From positions 176,760 through 240,759 of the IMG/VR virus record IMGVR_UViG_3300027782_000027: a stretch of 64,000 nt of DNA. One strand, 5' to 3'. Positions 41,425 to 49,779 of the stretch are shown one piece after another; within the stretch, counting starts at the first letter, position 1, and each line of letters opens with the position of its first letter. A program made the position numbers and the translations under genes. The notes under the pieces were generated by a model. It saw only the letters and a program-made list of their open reading frames with translations. It was not told the origin of the DNA and did not search any database.

Positions 41425-42144
41425 ATGAATTATAAGATTAAATTAGTTCATTTACAGACAACACAGAATGAACATAGAGAAAAACTATCACGAAAATCTA
41501 TACAACAAGTAATACCTTACGGTATTGAATATGTTTTACATCAGAACGAGTTATATACTTCCTTACCTCCAGTTCATACAAGTGTTAGACCACATAATGT
41601 TAGAATCGGTAAGTATGAAGATATTAATGACCCTGAATATGGGAACGCATTAACTCCGGCTCACTACGGATGTTTTGAGGCGTTTAAAATTGGTATCCTA
41701 TCAGAATTTGATAATGATTTGGACTTCTTAATTGTTTGTGAAGGTGATTGTATAATAGAAGTTCCGATAGAAGAATTTATTGATAAAGTTAATCATGTCT
41801 GTGGTATTGTTAATCAGGAAGATATTTCTTATTTTTCGTTTGGTGATACTAAAACTTTAGATTATGGGTGGCATCAATCTGACGTTGTTAGAGAAATACC
41901 GAACCAAGATTTATTGTTTATTACTAATAAAATAATTGGTTTACAGTGTATTATGTTTTCAAAAAAATCACGTAAAACAATTATGAGCCAGTTGAGAACA
42001 CATAGATGGGATTGTGCTGATACATTTTTTAATATAATATGTGCAGAACAGAGATTAACTATGGGTGTTTTAAAGAAAAGAATAACAACTCAGGTAGATG
42101 GGGAATCATTCATAGATAAAGAATATAAAGTTTTTACAAAATAA
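41425..42144 (+). CDS. GT25-like glycosyltransferase
   Basis: HYGCFEAF, LIVCEGDC. Confidence 0.55.
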   Translation: MNYKIKLVHLQTTQNEHREKLSRKSIQQVIPYGIEYVLHQNELYTSLPPVHTSVRPHNVRIGKYEDINDPEYGNALTPAHYGCFEAFKIGILSEFDNDLDFLIVCEGDCIIEVPIEEFIDKVNHVCGIVNQEDISYFSFGDTKTLDYGWHQSDVVREIPNQDLLFITNKIIGLQCIMFSKKSRKTIMSQLRTHRWDCADTFFNIICAEQRLTMGVLKKRITTQVDGESFIDKEYKVFTK

Positions 42145-42145
42145 T

Positions 42146-42691
42146 ATGGCACACGAACAACAGAAGAATTTTTTTAAAAGAGTTAAAGAAAAATACCCAA
42201 AATATTTCACAGATGTAAAAGTTTTAGATATCGGTTCTTTGGATATAAATGGGTCAGTAAGAGATTTATTTGATTACCCATTTTATTACGTTGGATTAGA
42301 TTTGGCACCTGGAAAAAATGTTGATGTAATTTGTCCTGGACATTTATATGATTGTGGATTTCAGTTTGATGTTGTTTCATCGGGTGAATGTTTTGAACAT
42401 GATATGTATTACGCAAGAACTATACAGAATATGGTTAAACTTCTTAAGTCTGGTGGTTTAATGGTTTTTACTTGTGCGTCAACAGGGAGACATGAACATG
42501 GTACATTAAGAACTACTCCTGATAACGCACCTTTCTTGGGTGATATTAGTGAAAAGTGGGCAAATTACTATAAGAATTTAACTGAAGATGATATTAGGTC
42601 AGTTATTGATGTTAATGATATTTTTAATAACTTTGGATTTGAATATGAACCAGTAACTTGTGATTTATATTTTTGGGGGATTAAAAAATGA
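42146..42691 (+). CDS. Class I SAM-dependent methyltransferase
   Basis: VLDIGSLDING, FDVVSSGECFEHD, LKSGG. Confidence 0.85.
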   Translation: MAHEQQKNFFKRVKEKYPKYFTDVKVLDIGSLDINGSVRDLFDYPFYYVGLDLAPGKNVDVICPGHLYDCGFQFDVVSSGECFEHDMYYARTIQNMVKLLKSGGLMVFTCASTGRHEHGTLRTTPDNAPFLGDISEKWANYYKNLTEDDIRSVIDVNDIFNNFGFEYEPVTCDLYFWGIKK

Positions 42692-43383
42692 TTGATGTTG
42701 ATGTTATTTGTCTTACTAATACAACTTCCGATGAATTATATTGGATGACAAGACGAACATTAACAACTATACACGATTCTGAAAAAGAGTATAAATTTCA
42801 TGTTCACTTAATTGAGACTAATTCCCAAAGTAATTATGATTTTTCAGATATTGTTGAAAATTATGTAAAACCAAATGAAAAATTTAATTACAATAGATTT
42901 TTAAATCATTCTTATCCTTATGTAAAACATAAATGGGTTTTAATTACTAACAATGATGTAAGATATGAAAGAGGTTGGTTTTCAAAGATAATCGAGGTTT
43001 ACAACAAAAGACCTGATGTTGAATCTTTTTCACCTAAATGTCCGATACTTTATTCAAAATATTTTTTTAATGATTTTTTAGGTGGTGATTTAGATTTTCA
43101 TGAAAGTGTTGGGACTAGTGTTCACTTAATGGGTTGGTCATTAGTTATGAAAAAAAGAGTTTTTGACATTGTTTATCCGTGGGATGAAAACTTTGATATG
43201 TACTACCAAGATAATGATTATGCTGAAATTTTATTAAAAAATAATATTAAACACGGTTTGGTTAGGGACTCAATTGCAACTCATTTAGAATCACAAACTA
43301 TAAAATATAAATTTAATTCAAATACAATTGATAATCTTAGAGTGAAAAATTATTTTTACAATAAATGGGGAAAAGAAATTTAA
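42688..43383 (+). CDS. GT2-family glycosyltransferase
   Basis: FNYNRFLN, ITNNDV, WDENFDMYYQDND. Confidence 0.8.
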   Translation: MIDVDVICLTNTTSDELYWMTRRTLTTIHDSEKEYKFHVHLIETNSQSNYDFSDIVENYVKPNEKFNYNRFLNHSYPYVKHKWVLITNNDVRYERGWFSKIIEVYNKRPDVESFSPKCPILYSKYFFNDFLGGDLDFHESVGTSVHLMGWSLVMKKRVFDIVYPWDENFDMYYQDNDYAEILLKNNIKHGLVRDSIATHLESQTIKYKFNSNTIDNLRVKNYFYNKWGKEI

Positions 43384-43384
43384 T

Positions 43385-45517
43385 ATGAAAATTACACAAG
43401 TAACACCAGGAATAATTACGATACCACCAAACGGTTGGGGGGCGGTTGAAAAGGTAATATGGGAATATTACAACAACATTAAAGAATTAGGTCACGAATG
43501 TGATATAAAGTATCTTAACGATATTGATATTAATAATAGTGATATTGTTCATATTCATATGGCTAATTTGGCAATTGATGCCGCTAATAAAGGAATACCA
43601 TATATTTTTTCATTACATGACCACCACGTTGTTTATTATGGTAAAGATTCATCTAACTACCAACAAAATTTAGATGCAATTAAAAGGTCTGTGGTATCAT
43701 TTACACATGCTGAGTTTTTAGTTGATTACTTTGATGAAACAGACAAGTTATTCTACCTATCACATGGTGTTAATACAGAGTTCTTTAAGAATGACAAACC
43801 GAAAAGAACGGAACACAAATTATTGTGTTTAGCAAACAATGGTATTGGTGGTGATTCAACACATGACAGGAAAGGATTTAGATATGCAATTGAGGCGGCA
43901 ATTAAATTAGATTTACCCATTACAGTTGCCGGTCCTGAAAACAATAGAATATTCTTTGAACATCATAATGACTTATTGAATTATGATAAGTTAACATTAA
44001 TGTTTTCAAATCCAAACGAAGAACAGATATTAGAACTATATAAAAGTCATTCTATATTCTTACACCCTTCTATGTTAGAAGCGGGACATCCGAACCTAAC
44101 ATTACTTGAGGCGGTGTCTTGTAACATGCCGGTTGTTGGTACTTACTTAGGTTCACAAACGATAGAAGGGATGGTAGTGGTTGAAAGAGATGTAAATCAA
44201 ATTGTTACTGGTATTAAACAAGTTATTGATAATTATGATTTATATCTAAGTAACACTGAATTAGATAGACAAAAATACGATTGGAGTGTTATTACCAAAA
44301 GAATGGTTAGAATCTATGAGGACCTTATTAATAGTAGAAAAAATTTGAATAGTCTTGAAACTAAACAAAGATTTGATAAAGTATTTGAAAATACTGAAAT
44401 AAAACCAAAAGATATGGTTGAAAAAATTGAAGTGATTAATCACTACATCAACGGAGCGTTAGTTGAAATTAAAGGTAATACTGATAAGAAATATTTAGTT
44501 GAGTTTTGGAATCAGAATAGTGACTGCGAATATCGTGAGGAGATTGGGTGTAATATGTGGGTTAGATTGAATAAAAAGTATTTTGATGAGTATACTTTAA
44601 AAATTTACTCTGAAGGTAATTTAATTAGTGAAAAGAAATATGATGCTGAAAATAAACGAGTATACATTGCATTAGATTCAAAATCATTGGGTGATACATT
44701 TGCTTGGGTACCATATGCCGAAGAATTCAGAAAGAAACACAACTGTAAGGTTATATGTTCAACGTTCTTTAACGATTTGTTTGTAAAACAATATCCTGAG
44801 ATACAATTTGTTTCACCTGGTAGTACGGTTCATAATCTATATGCAATGTATGAGATAGGTTGGTTCTACGATGGAGATAATGTTAAAATGGATAGACACC
44901 CAAGTGATTTCAAATTAGGTCCATTACAAAAAACCGCAACAGACATTTTAGGTTTGGAATATAAAGAAGTTAAACCTTTAATCAAAAATCCAAACAAGAT
45001 AAAGAAAAAACGAGTTGGACTGGGTATTCACTCAACGGCTCAATCAAAGTATTGGAATAATCCAAAGGGTTGGCGAGATATTACTGATTATCTAATATCT
45101 CTTGGGTATGAGGTGATTATCTATTCAAAAGAGGAAGATGGGTATATGGGTAATTTTTATCCAAAAGGCGCTAAACAAAACCCTCCTGGTTCAATCTACA
45201 AACTTATAGAAGAGTTATCAACTTGTGAATTCTTTATAGGTATATCAAGTGGTATTTCATGGGTTACTTGGGCATTGGATATCCCAACAGTTTTGATTTC
45301 AGGATTTACTGAAGAGTTTAACGAACCTTATGATAATGTATATAAGGTAAGTGCTCCTGAAAATACTTGCAGAGGATGTGCTAATAAATTTAGATTAGAC
45401 CCAGGTGATTGGAATTGGTGTCCAATAAATAAGGGGAATGATAAGATGTTTGAATGTTCTAAAAAGATAACATCTGAGATGGTAAAAGATAAAATTATTG
45501 AATTACTTGGTAAGTAA
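43385..45517 (+). CDS. GT4 fused to Aah/TibC-like autotransporter O-heptosyltransferase domain
   Basis: PPNGWGAVE, EAGHPNLTLLEA; SLGDTFAW, HSTAQSKYWNNPKGW, FIGISSGISW, ISGFT, CRGC..DWNWCP..FECSKKIT. Confidence 0.85.
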   Translation: MKITQVTPGIITIPPNGWGAVEKVIWEYYNNIKELGHECDIKYLNDIDINNSDIVHIHMANLAIDAANKGIPYIFSLHDHHVVYYGKDSSNYQQNLDAIKRSVVSFTHAEFLVDYFDETDKLFYLSHGVNTEFFKNDKPKRTEHKLLCLANNGIGGDSTHDRKGFRYAIEAAIKLDLPITVAGPENNRIFFEHHNDLLNYDKLTLMFSNPNEEQILELYKSHSIFLHPSMLEAGHPNLTLLEAVSCNMPVVGTYLGSQTIEGMVVVERDVNQIVTGIKQVIDNYDLYLSNTELDRQKYDWSVITKRMVRIYEDLINSRKNLNSLETKQRFDKVFENTEIKPKDMVEKIEVINHYINGALVEIKGNTDKKYLVEFWNQNSDCEYREEIGCNMWVRLNKKYFDEYTLKIYSEGNLISEKKYDAENKRVYIALDSKSLGDTFAWVPYAEEFRKKHNCKVICSTFFNDLFVKQYPEIQFVSPGSTVHNLYAMYEIGWFYDGDNVKMDRHPSDFKLGPLQKTATDILGLEYKEVKPLIKNPNKIKKKRVGLGIHSTAQSKYWNNPKGWRDITDYLISLGYEVIIYSKEEDGYMGNFYPKGAKQNPPGSIYKLIEELSTCEFFIGISSGISWVTWALDIPTVLISGFTEEFNEPYDNVYKVSAPENTCRGCANKFRLDPGDWNWCPINKGNDKMFECSKKITSEMVKDKIIELLGK

Positions 45518-45526
45518 TTCAATAAT
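45494..45526. repeat. Perfect 15-bp inverted repeat at the overlap of convergent genes
   Basis: attattgaattactt-ggt-aagtaattcaataat. Confidence 0.9.
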
Positions 45527-45673
45527 ATCTTTAACTAAAGTTATTGACCCATAAATGGATAACCCAAGAATTACAGACCCTAAAATTAATTGAGGTATAA
45601 ATTTTTTACGAGTTTCTTGACATTTGGTGCATTTTTTTTCTTCAGATTTTTTTAAATTTTCCATGTTTTCCAT
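45503..45673 (-). CDS. Small CxxC + TM membrane protein; missing from ORF track
   Basis: MENMENLKKSEEKKCTKCQETRKKFIPQLILGSVILGLSIYGSITLVKDIIELLTK. Confidence 0.7.
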   Translation of the reverse strand: MENMENLKKSEEKKCTKCQETRKKFIPQLILGSVILGLSIYGSITLVKDIIELLTK

Positions 45674-45684
45674 TATTTATAATT

Positions 45685-46071
45685 ATGAGACTTTTAAATT
45701 GTATCAAAAACATAATAAAGGAAGAAAGGATTGGAAAGCTTTTTGGTGACATTAAAGTTAAAGTATCTATTGAAACTTCATCACATGGTAATACCCAAAG
45801 GTTTAGACATGGTAAAGATGAAGTAATTACTAATGATGAAATATTAAGTGTGTTAAACTTAGGTCTACCTGAAATATTAGATGGTATTAAAGAAGGTGAG
45901 TTAGGACAAGACTCATCAATAGTAGTTTCACAAAAAGATTATCCGTTTTTAAATGTTGTTACCAATTTAGAAGAACAGGATTGTTATAATTTCCAAATCA
46001 ATATTGTTACTACCATCCGTAAGAAAAGATTTTACACAACTGGTAAAAACGATTTCCAAATTTACGTATAA
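45685..46071 (+). CDS. Hypothetical late protein
   Basis: TATTTATA at 45674-45681; IKNIIKEE leader. Confidence 0.7.
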   Translation: MRLLNCIKNIIKEERIGKLFGDIKVKVSIETSSHGNTQRFRHGKDEVITNDEILSVLNLGLPEILDGIKEGELGQDSSIVVSQKDYPFLNVVTNLEEQDCYNFQINIVTTIRKKRFYTTGKNDFQIYV

Positions 46072-46108
46072 ATAAAAACCCCCAAAACATCCGATGTAAT
46101 GAGGGTTT
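46072..46108 (-). terminator. Intrinsic terminator (probably bidirectional)
   Basis: Minus strand AAACCCUC-auuacaucggauguuuu-GGGGGUUU-UUAUUU. Confidence 0.75.
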
Positions 46109-46217
46109 CTATCTTTTTCACCTAACGGTTGAGGCTTTTGCCTTTGAACACACCGGGGTTCAATTCCGACTTAATGATTTGGTTGGGTTATTAAGTTGAC
46201 CCCATTCGTTTAACTTG
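46072..46217 (-). ncRNA. Structured small RNA, 6S/6S-Flavo-like candidate
   Basis: TATATTTG promoter (46222-46229, minus), nested stems GGGGUCAA/UUGAACCCC and ACUUAAU/AUUAAGU, intrinsic terminator at 46072-46108; no ORF in the track. Confidence 0.6.
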
Positions 46218-46288
46218 AATACAAATATAAATAGAATATCCTGAATAAAAAAATATATTTTAAACTTTTTTTGATATATCTTTGTCGT

Positions 46289-46426
46289 ATGAAACAGGAA
46301 ATACTACCACTTAACTTACGTCACGTCGCTCAAATTGTGAGACGGAATATGATTACAAAAGTTGTACCATGTGGTAAAGAGTATTCCCGTAAAAGACTTA
46401 AGAAGGTTGATATCTACCAAGATTAG
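46289..46426 (+). CDS. Small basic protein; missing from ORF track
   Basis: MKQEILPLNLRHVAQIVRRNMITKVVPCGKEYSRKRLKKVDIYQD; TATCTTTG at 46277-46284, 4 nt upstream. Confidence 0.65.
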   Translation: MKQEILPLNLRHVAQIVRRNMITKVVPCGKEYSRKRLKKVDIYQD

Positions 46427-46449
46427 AATTATATTTTACGAAAAAAGTT

Positions 46450-47289
46450 ATGCTAAGTTATATTGGTGGTAAGAGTAAGATAGGTAAGTGGATTGTCCCA
46501 TTTTACCCAACAGATATGGAAACCTATGTTGAAACGTTTGGTGGTATGTTTTGGTGTTTCTTCAACATGGATTTAAAACAATATCCTAATTTGAAAAAAG
46601 TAGTTTATAATGACTTCAATCCTTTGAATTATAATTTGTTTATGTGTCTTCAGGACCCTGAGGCTCTTTTGTCTGTGATTAATAACATTCCATGTCAACA
46701 ACAAGGTGTGGAGGTGACACCACCTGTTTATAAAGAACAATTTAATGAGTTTCAAAAGGAAATTTTCTCACATGGTTTAACAATCAACTATCCTGATTAT
46801 AATGTTGCTGCGAAGTATGCTTATGTTCTAACACAAGTTTTCAGTGGTTCAAAACCTGAGACATCAAGTTTTATTGATTTGAAAGGTAAGTATAAGTCAA
46901 AATATCTTACCTTTAGAGATAAATTATCTAAACCTGATTGGGTGGAACATTTCAATAGAATATCGGAGTTTAGATTAGGTGATTTTGAAGATGTTATTAA
47001 AGAGTTTGATAGCCCGACAACATACTTTTATGTTGACCCACCGTATTGGAAGACCGAGAACTATTACTCAAACCACGATTTTGATAGGGAAGACCATGAA
47101 AGATTGGCAGATTGTTTGAAAGGTATTGAAGGTAAATTTAGTTTATCTTACTACGATTTTCAGTTGTTGAATGAGTGGTTCCCAAAGGAGGAATACAAAT
47201 GGGAGAAAAAAGAATTTGCTAAAGCTGCTGCTGCGAAGAAAGGAAAGGCACAAAATATGGGTGAAGAACTATTAATTATGAATTATTGA
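46450..47289 (+). CDS. Dam/D12-family DNA adenine methyltransferase
   Basis: YIGGKS, YVETFGG, VYNDFN, YVDPPY. Confidence 0.9.
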   Translation: MLSYIGGKSKIGKWIVPFYPTDMETYVETFGGMFWCFFNMDLKQYPNLKKVVYNDFNPLNYNLFMCLQDPEALLSVINNIPCQQQGVEVTPPVYKEQFNEFQKEIFSHGLTINYPDYNVAAKYAYVLTQVFSGSKPETSSFIDLKGKYKSKYLTFRDKLSKPDWVEHFNRISEFRLGDFEDVIKEFDSPTTYFYVDPPYWKTENYYSNHDFDREDHERLADCLKGIEGKFSLSYYDFQLLNEWFPKEEYKWEKKEFAKAAAAKKGKAQNMGEELLIMNY

Positions 47290-47313
47290 TATATTTATAT
47301 AAAAACTTTAGAA

Positions 47314-48663
47314 ATGAAATTTACTAATATCTTAACAAACATTATTTTAGAAGATTCAAGATTTAACCTTCTATATGATAAATTAGTTGACAAGGGTGGT
47401 AGAAAACCTGAACCAGGTAAAATCCCTTTTGATACATTAAAGACTATTATCTTTGCTGACCCTACAACAAGAGCTCCGCAAAGTTTACTTCAAAATATTG
47501 AAACCTTAACACCTGAACAAATGGAAATTGTTAAGGTTGGTAAGTATACTAACTGGATATTAAAGAACTTCTTAAAACCAACATTTAGTGATGATTTTCG
47601 TGTTGAAGTTGGTTCACCTGAATATAAACAAGCGGTTAAAAGATATCGTGACTTATACCTTGAGGATTTATACAAGGTTACTGAAGATTTAAATAAGTTT
47701 GAAAGATTTAAAGGTCAACTAGAAGCTGACAAAAGAGATATTAATAAATTGACTATTGATTCGTTATTTGATGCAGTTAAGGACTTTAAGTTAGAAAAAA
47801 CAAAAGGAACAAAACAGGAAAAAGAAGAAGCTAAATCAACTTACCAATATCCTGGTTCAACTATTGCGTTTAAAGGGCCAAACTGGACTGTGGTTAAGAT
47901 TGAAGACCAAAGTGAACTTGGTAAAAACGCAGCTTGTTTCTTTGGTGGATATCATGAGCCGGACATGGGTGAAACAAGATGGTGTACATCATCACCTGGT
48001 TTATCTTACTTCAACACTTATATTAAACAAGGACCATTATATGTAATTCTACCTAATGACAGTTCTGATTTGGGTAAAAAGTCAGGTCTTCCTGTTGAAA
48101 GATATCAATGGCATTTTCAGTCTAATCAGTTTATGGACAGACAGGATAGAAATGTTAATATTGTTGAAATGTTACAAGGTAAGTTATCAGAACTTAAAGA
48201 ATTCTTCAAACCTGAATTTGCTAAAGGATTGGCTAAAGAAAATGGTAAGAGAGTTGATATTGTTTATCCTGAATCTTCGGCTGGTAAGTTCGTTGGATTG
48301 TATGGATTTAAAGAATTATTTGATAACCTACCAGATGACTTGGAGCAATTAATCATCCAAACTTCAAAAAACATTAAAGAAACAATTGCTCTTGAAGTTC
48401 CTGAAAGTATTGGAAGATTTGATAAGTTACAAACACTTTTATTAGGTGGTATGGTTAAATCTGTTCCTAATAGTATCTGTAATTTGACTAGTTTACTATT
48501 ACTTGCTTTACCAAACAACCCTCAGTTAACGACTATCCCAACTTGTGTTAAAGATTTACCTATGTTAGGTTTCTTGAATGTAAGTGGAAGTAATGTTAAA
48601 CTTCCTGAAGAACTTAAAGATGTTTTACATGAGGAAGGTGATGGTTATTATTATGTAGTTTAA
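47314..48663 (+). CDS. Late protein with TRWCTS domain and C-terminal leucine-rich repeats
   Basis: VPESIGRFDKLQTLLL, VPNSICNLTSLLLLAL, IPTCVKDLPMLGFLNV; TATTTATA at 47292. Confidence 0.75.
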   Translation: MKFTNILTNIILEDSRFNLLYDKLVDKGGRKPEPGKIPFDTLKTIIFADPTTRAPQSLLQNIETLTPEQMEIVKVGKYTNWILKNFLKPTFSDDFRVEVGSPEYKQAVKRYRDLYLEDLYKVTEDLNKFERFKGQLEADKRDINKLTIDSLFDAVKDFKLEKTKGTKQEKEEAKSTYQYPGSTIAFKGPNWTVVKIEDQSELGKNAACFFGGYHEPDMGETRWCTSSPGLSYFNTYIKQGPLYVILPNDSSDLGKKSGLPVERYQWHFQSNQFMDRQDRNVNIVEMLQGKLSELKEFFKPEFAKGLAKENGKRVDIVYPESSAGKFVGLYGFKELFDNLPDDLEQLIIQTSKNIKETIALEVPESIGRFDKLQTLLLGGMVKSVPNSICNLTSLLLLALPNNPQLTTIPTCVKDLPMLGFLNVSGSNVKLPEELKDVLHEEGDGYYYVV

Positions 48664-48701
48664 TAAATAAGTTATATCTTTGTTTCCTAATCTTAGAGCC
48701 T

Positions 48702-48992
48702 ATGAAAAATGTGGATGCGGAAATTTACTTAAATCAATTGATTGCGTTCTTTGAAAAGAACCCCAACGATTTGATTGACTTAATTGGGGAACTTAAGAAA
48801 ACCAAATTCTACAAAAGAATTAAAGAAAAAGTTTACGAGAATGTTGAAAATGGTTTGGAACTCATCCTTACCCAGCAACAACTTATTGATATTGTTGTTG
48901 ATATGTATGATGAGACAAACAAAACTGTCAAACCATTAGAAATAAAAACACCTGTTATCAAAACAAATTACGGAATTATTTGGCTTAACTAA
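48702..48992 (+). CDS. Hypothetical protein
   Basis: TATCTTTG at 48675-48682 upstream. Confidence 0.7.
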   Translation: MKNVDAEIYLNQLIAFFEKNPNDLIDLIGELKKTKFYKRIKEKVYENVENGLELILTQQQLIDIVVDMYDETNKTVKPLEIKTPVIKTNYGIIWLN

Positions 48993-49010
48993 GAAACTGT
49001 TGTATATTTG
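48979..49010 (+). promoter_or_regulatory. Bacteroidota-type promoter
   Basis: TTTG-N20-TATATTTG. Confidence 0.75.
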
Positions 49011-49032
49011 TAGTCATAAATAAATAAACACT

Positions 49033-49779
49033 ATGAACATACAAGATTTAAGAACAACAGTCCCAGCACTTTTCCAAACAGAAAAACTTTCAAAATTGTC
49101 TGACCGCTACACCATGGTTCCTACCATTGATGTTGTGGACAAGTTCATCCAAAACGGATGGCAAGTGAGCGGAGCAAAACAAGTAGGTAAGGGTTCATTT
49201 GGTAAACACCAAGTCCGTCTTCGTAACGCAGAACTTCCACAAGTAGGAGATTCATTGTTAGAGGCGGTAATAACCAACTCACACAACGGAACTTCAACTC
49301 TTCAGGTAGGTGCGGGACTCTACCGCCTCATCTGCTCAAATGGTTTGACTGTCCCTGTATCAACCTTTGGTGACATGAAACAAACTCACTTGAACTTGAG
49401 TATGAGTGATGTTGAAATGATTACAGAACAATTCGTAATCAACACACCTAAAATCCAAAAGTCAGTAACCCGTATGATGGAAGTTACCATGGATACTGAA
49501 AGAAAGATTGACTTTGTATCTAAGGCGGTTGGTATCCGTTGGAAGAACACCGAGGATATCTCAACTCTAACTTTAGAGACAATCATTGACCCACTTCGTG
49601 ATGGTGATAGTGATGACAACCTTTGGAGTACCTTCAACGTGGTACAAGAGAAGTTAATCCGTGGAGGGTTCATCAAACAACAAGGACGTAACTCTCGTTC
49701 AGTAAAGGGTATCAATTCTTTGAATATGGACAACATGATTAACACAAGACTTTGGGAACTAGCTGAAACATTTTGCTAA
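49033..49779 (+). CDS. DUF932/DUF945 family protein
   Basis: LSDRY..VPT, NSHNGTS, GLYRLICSNG, NLWSTFNVVQEKLIRGG. Confidence 0.85.
   Translation: MNIQDLRTTVPALFQTEKLSKLSDRYTMVPTIDVVDKFIQNGWQVSGAKQVGKGSFGKHQVRLRNAELPQVGDSLLEAVITNSHNGTSTLQVGAGLYRLICSNGLTVPVSTFGDMKQTHLNLSMSDVEMITEQFVINTPKIQKSVTRMMEVTMDTERKIDFVSKAVGIRWKNTEDISTLTLETIIDPLRDGDSDDNLWSTFNVVQEKLIRGGFIKQQGRNSRSVKGINSLNMDNMINTRLWELAETFC

Noticed and set aside
46152-46170. tRNA T-loop-like GGTTCAATTCC on the + strand
   Set aside because: No 5-bp T stem, acceptor stem or anticodon arm; better explained as the complement of the minus-strand sRNA.
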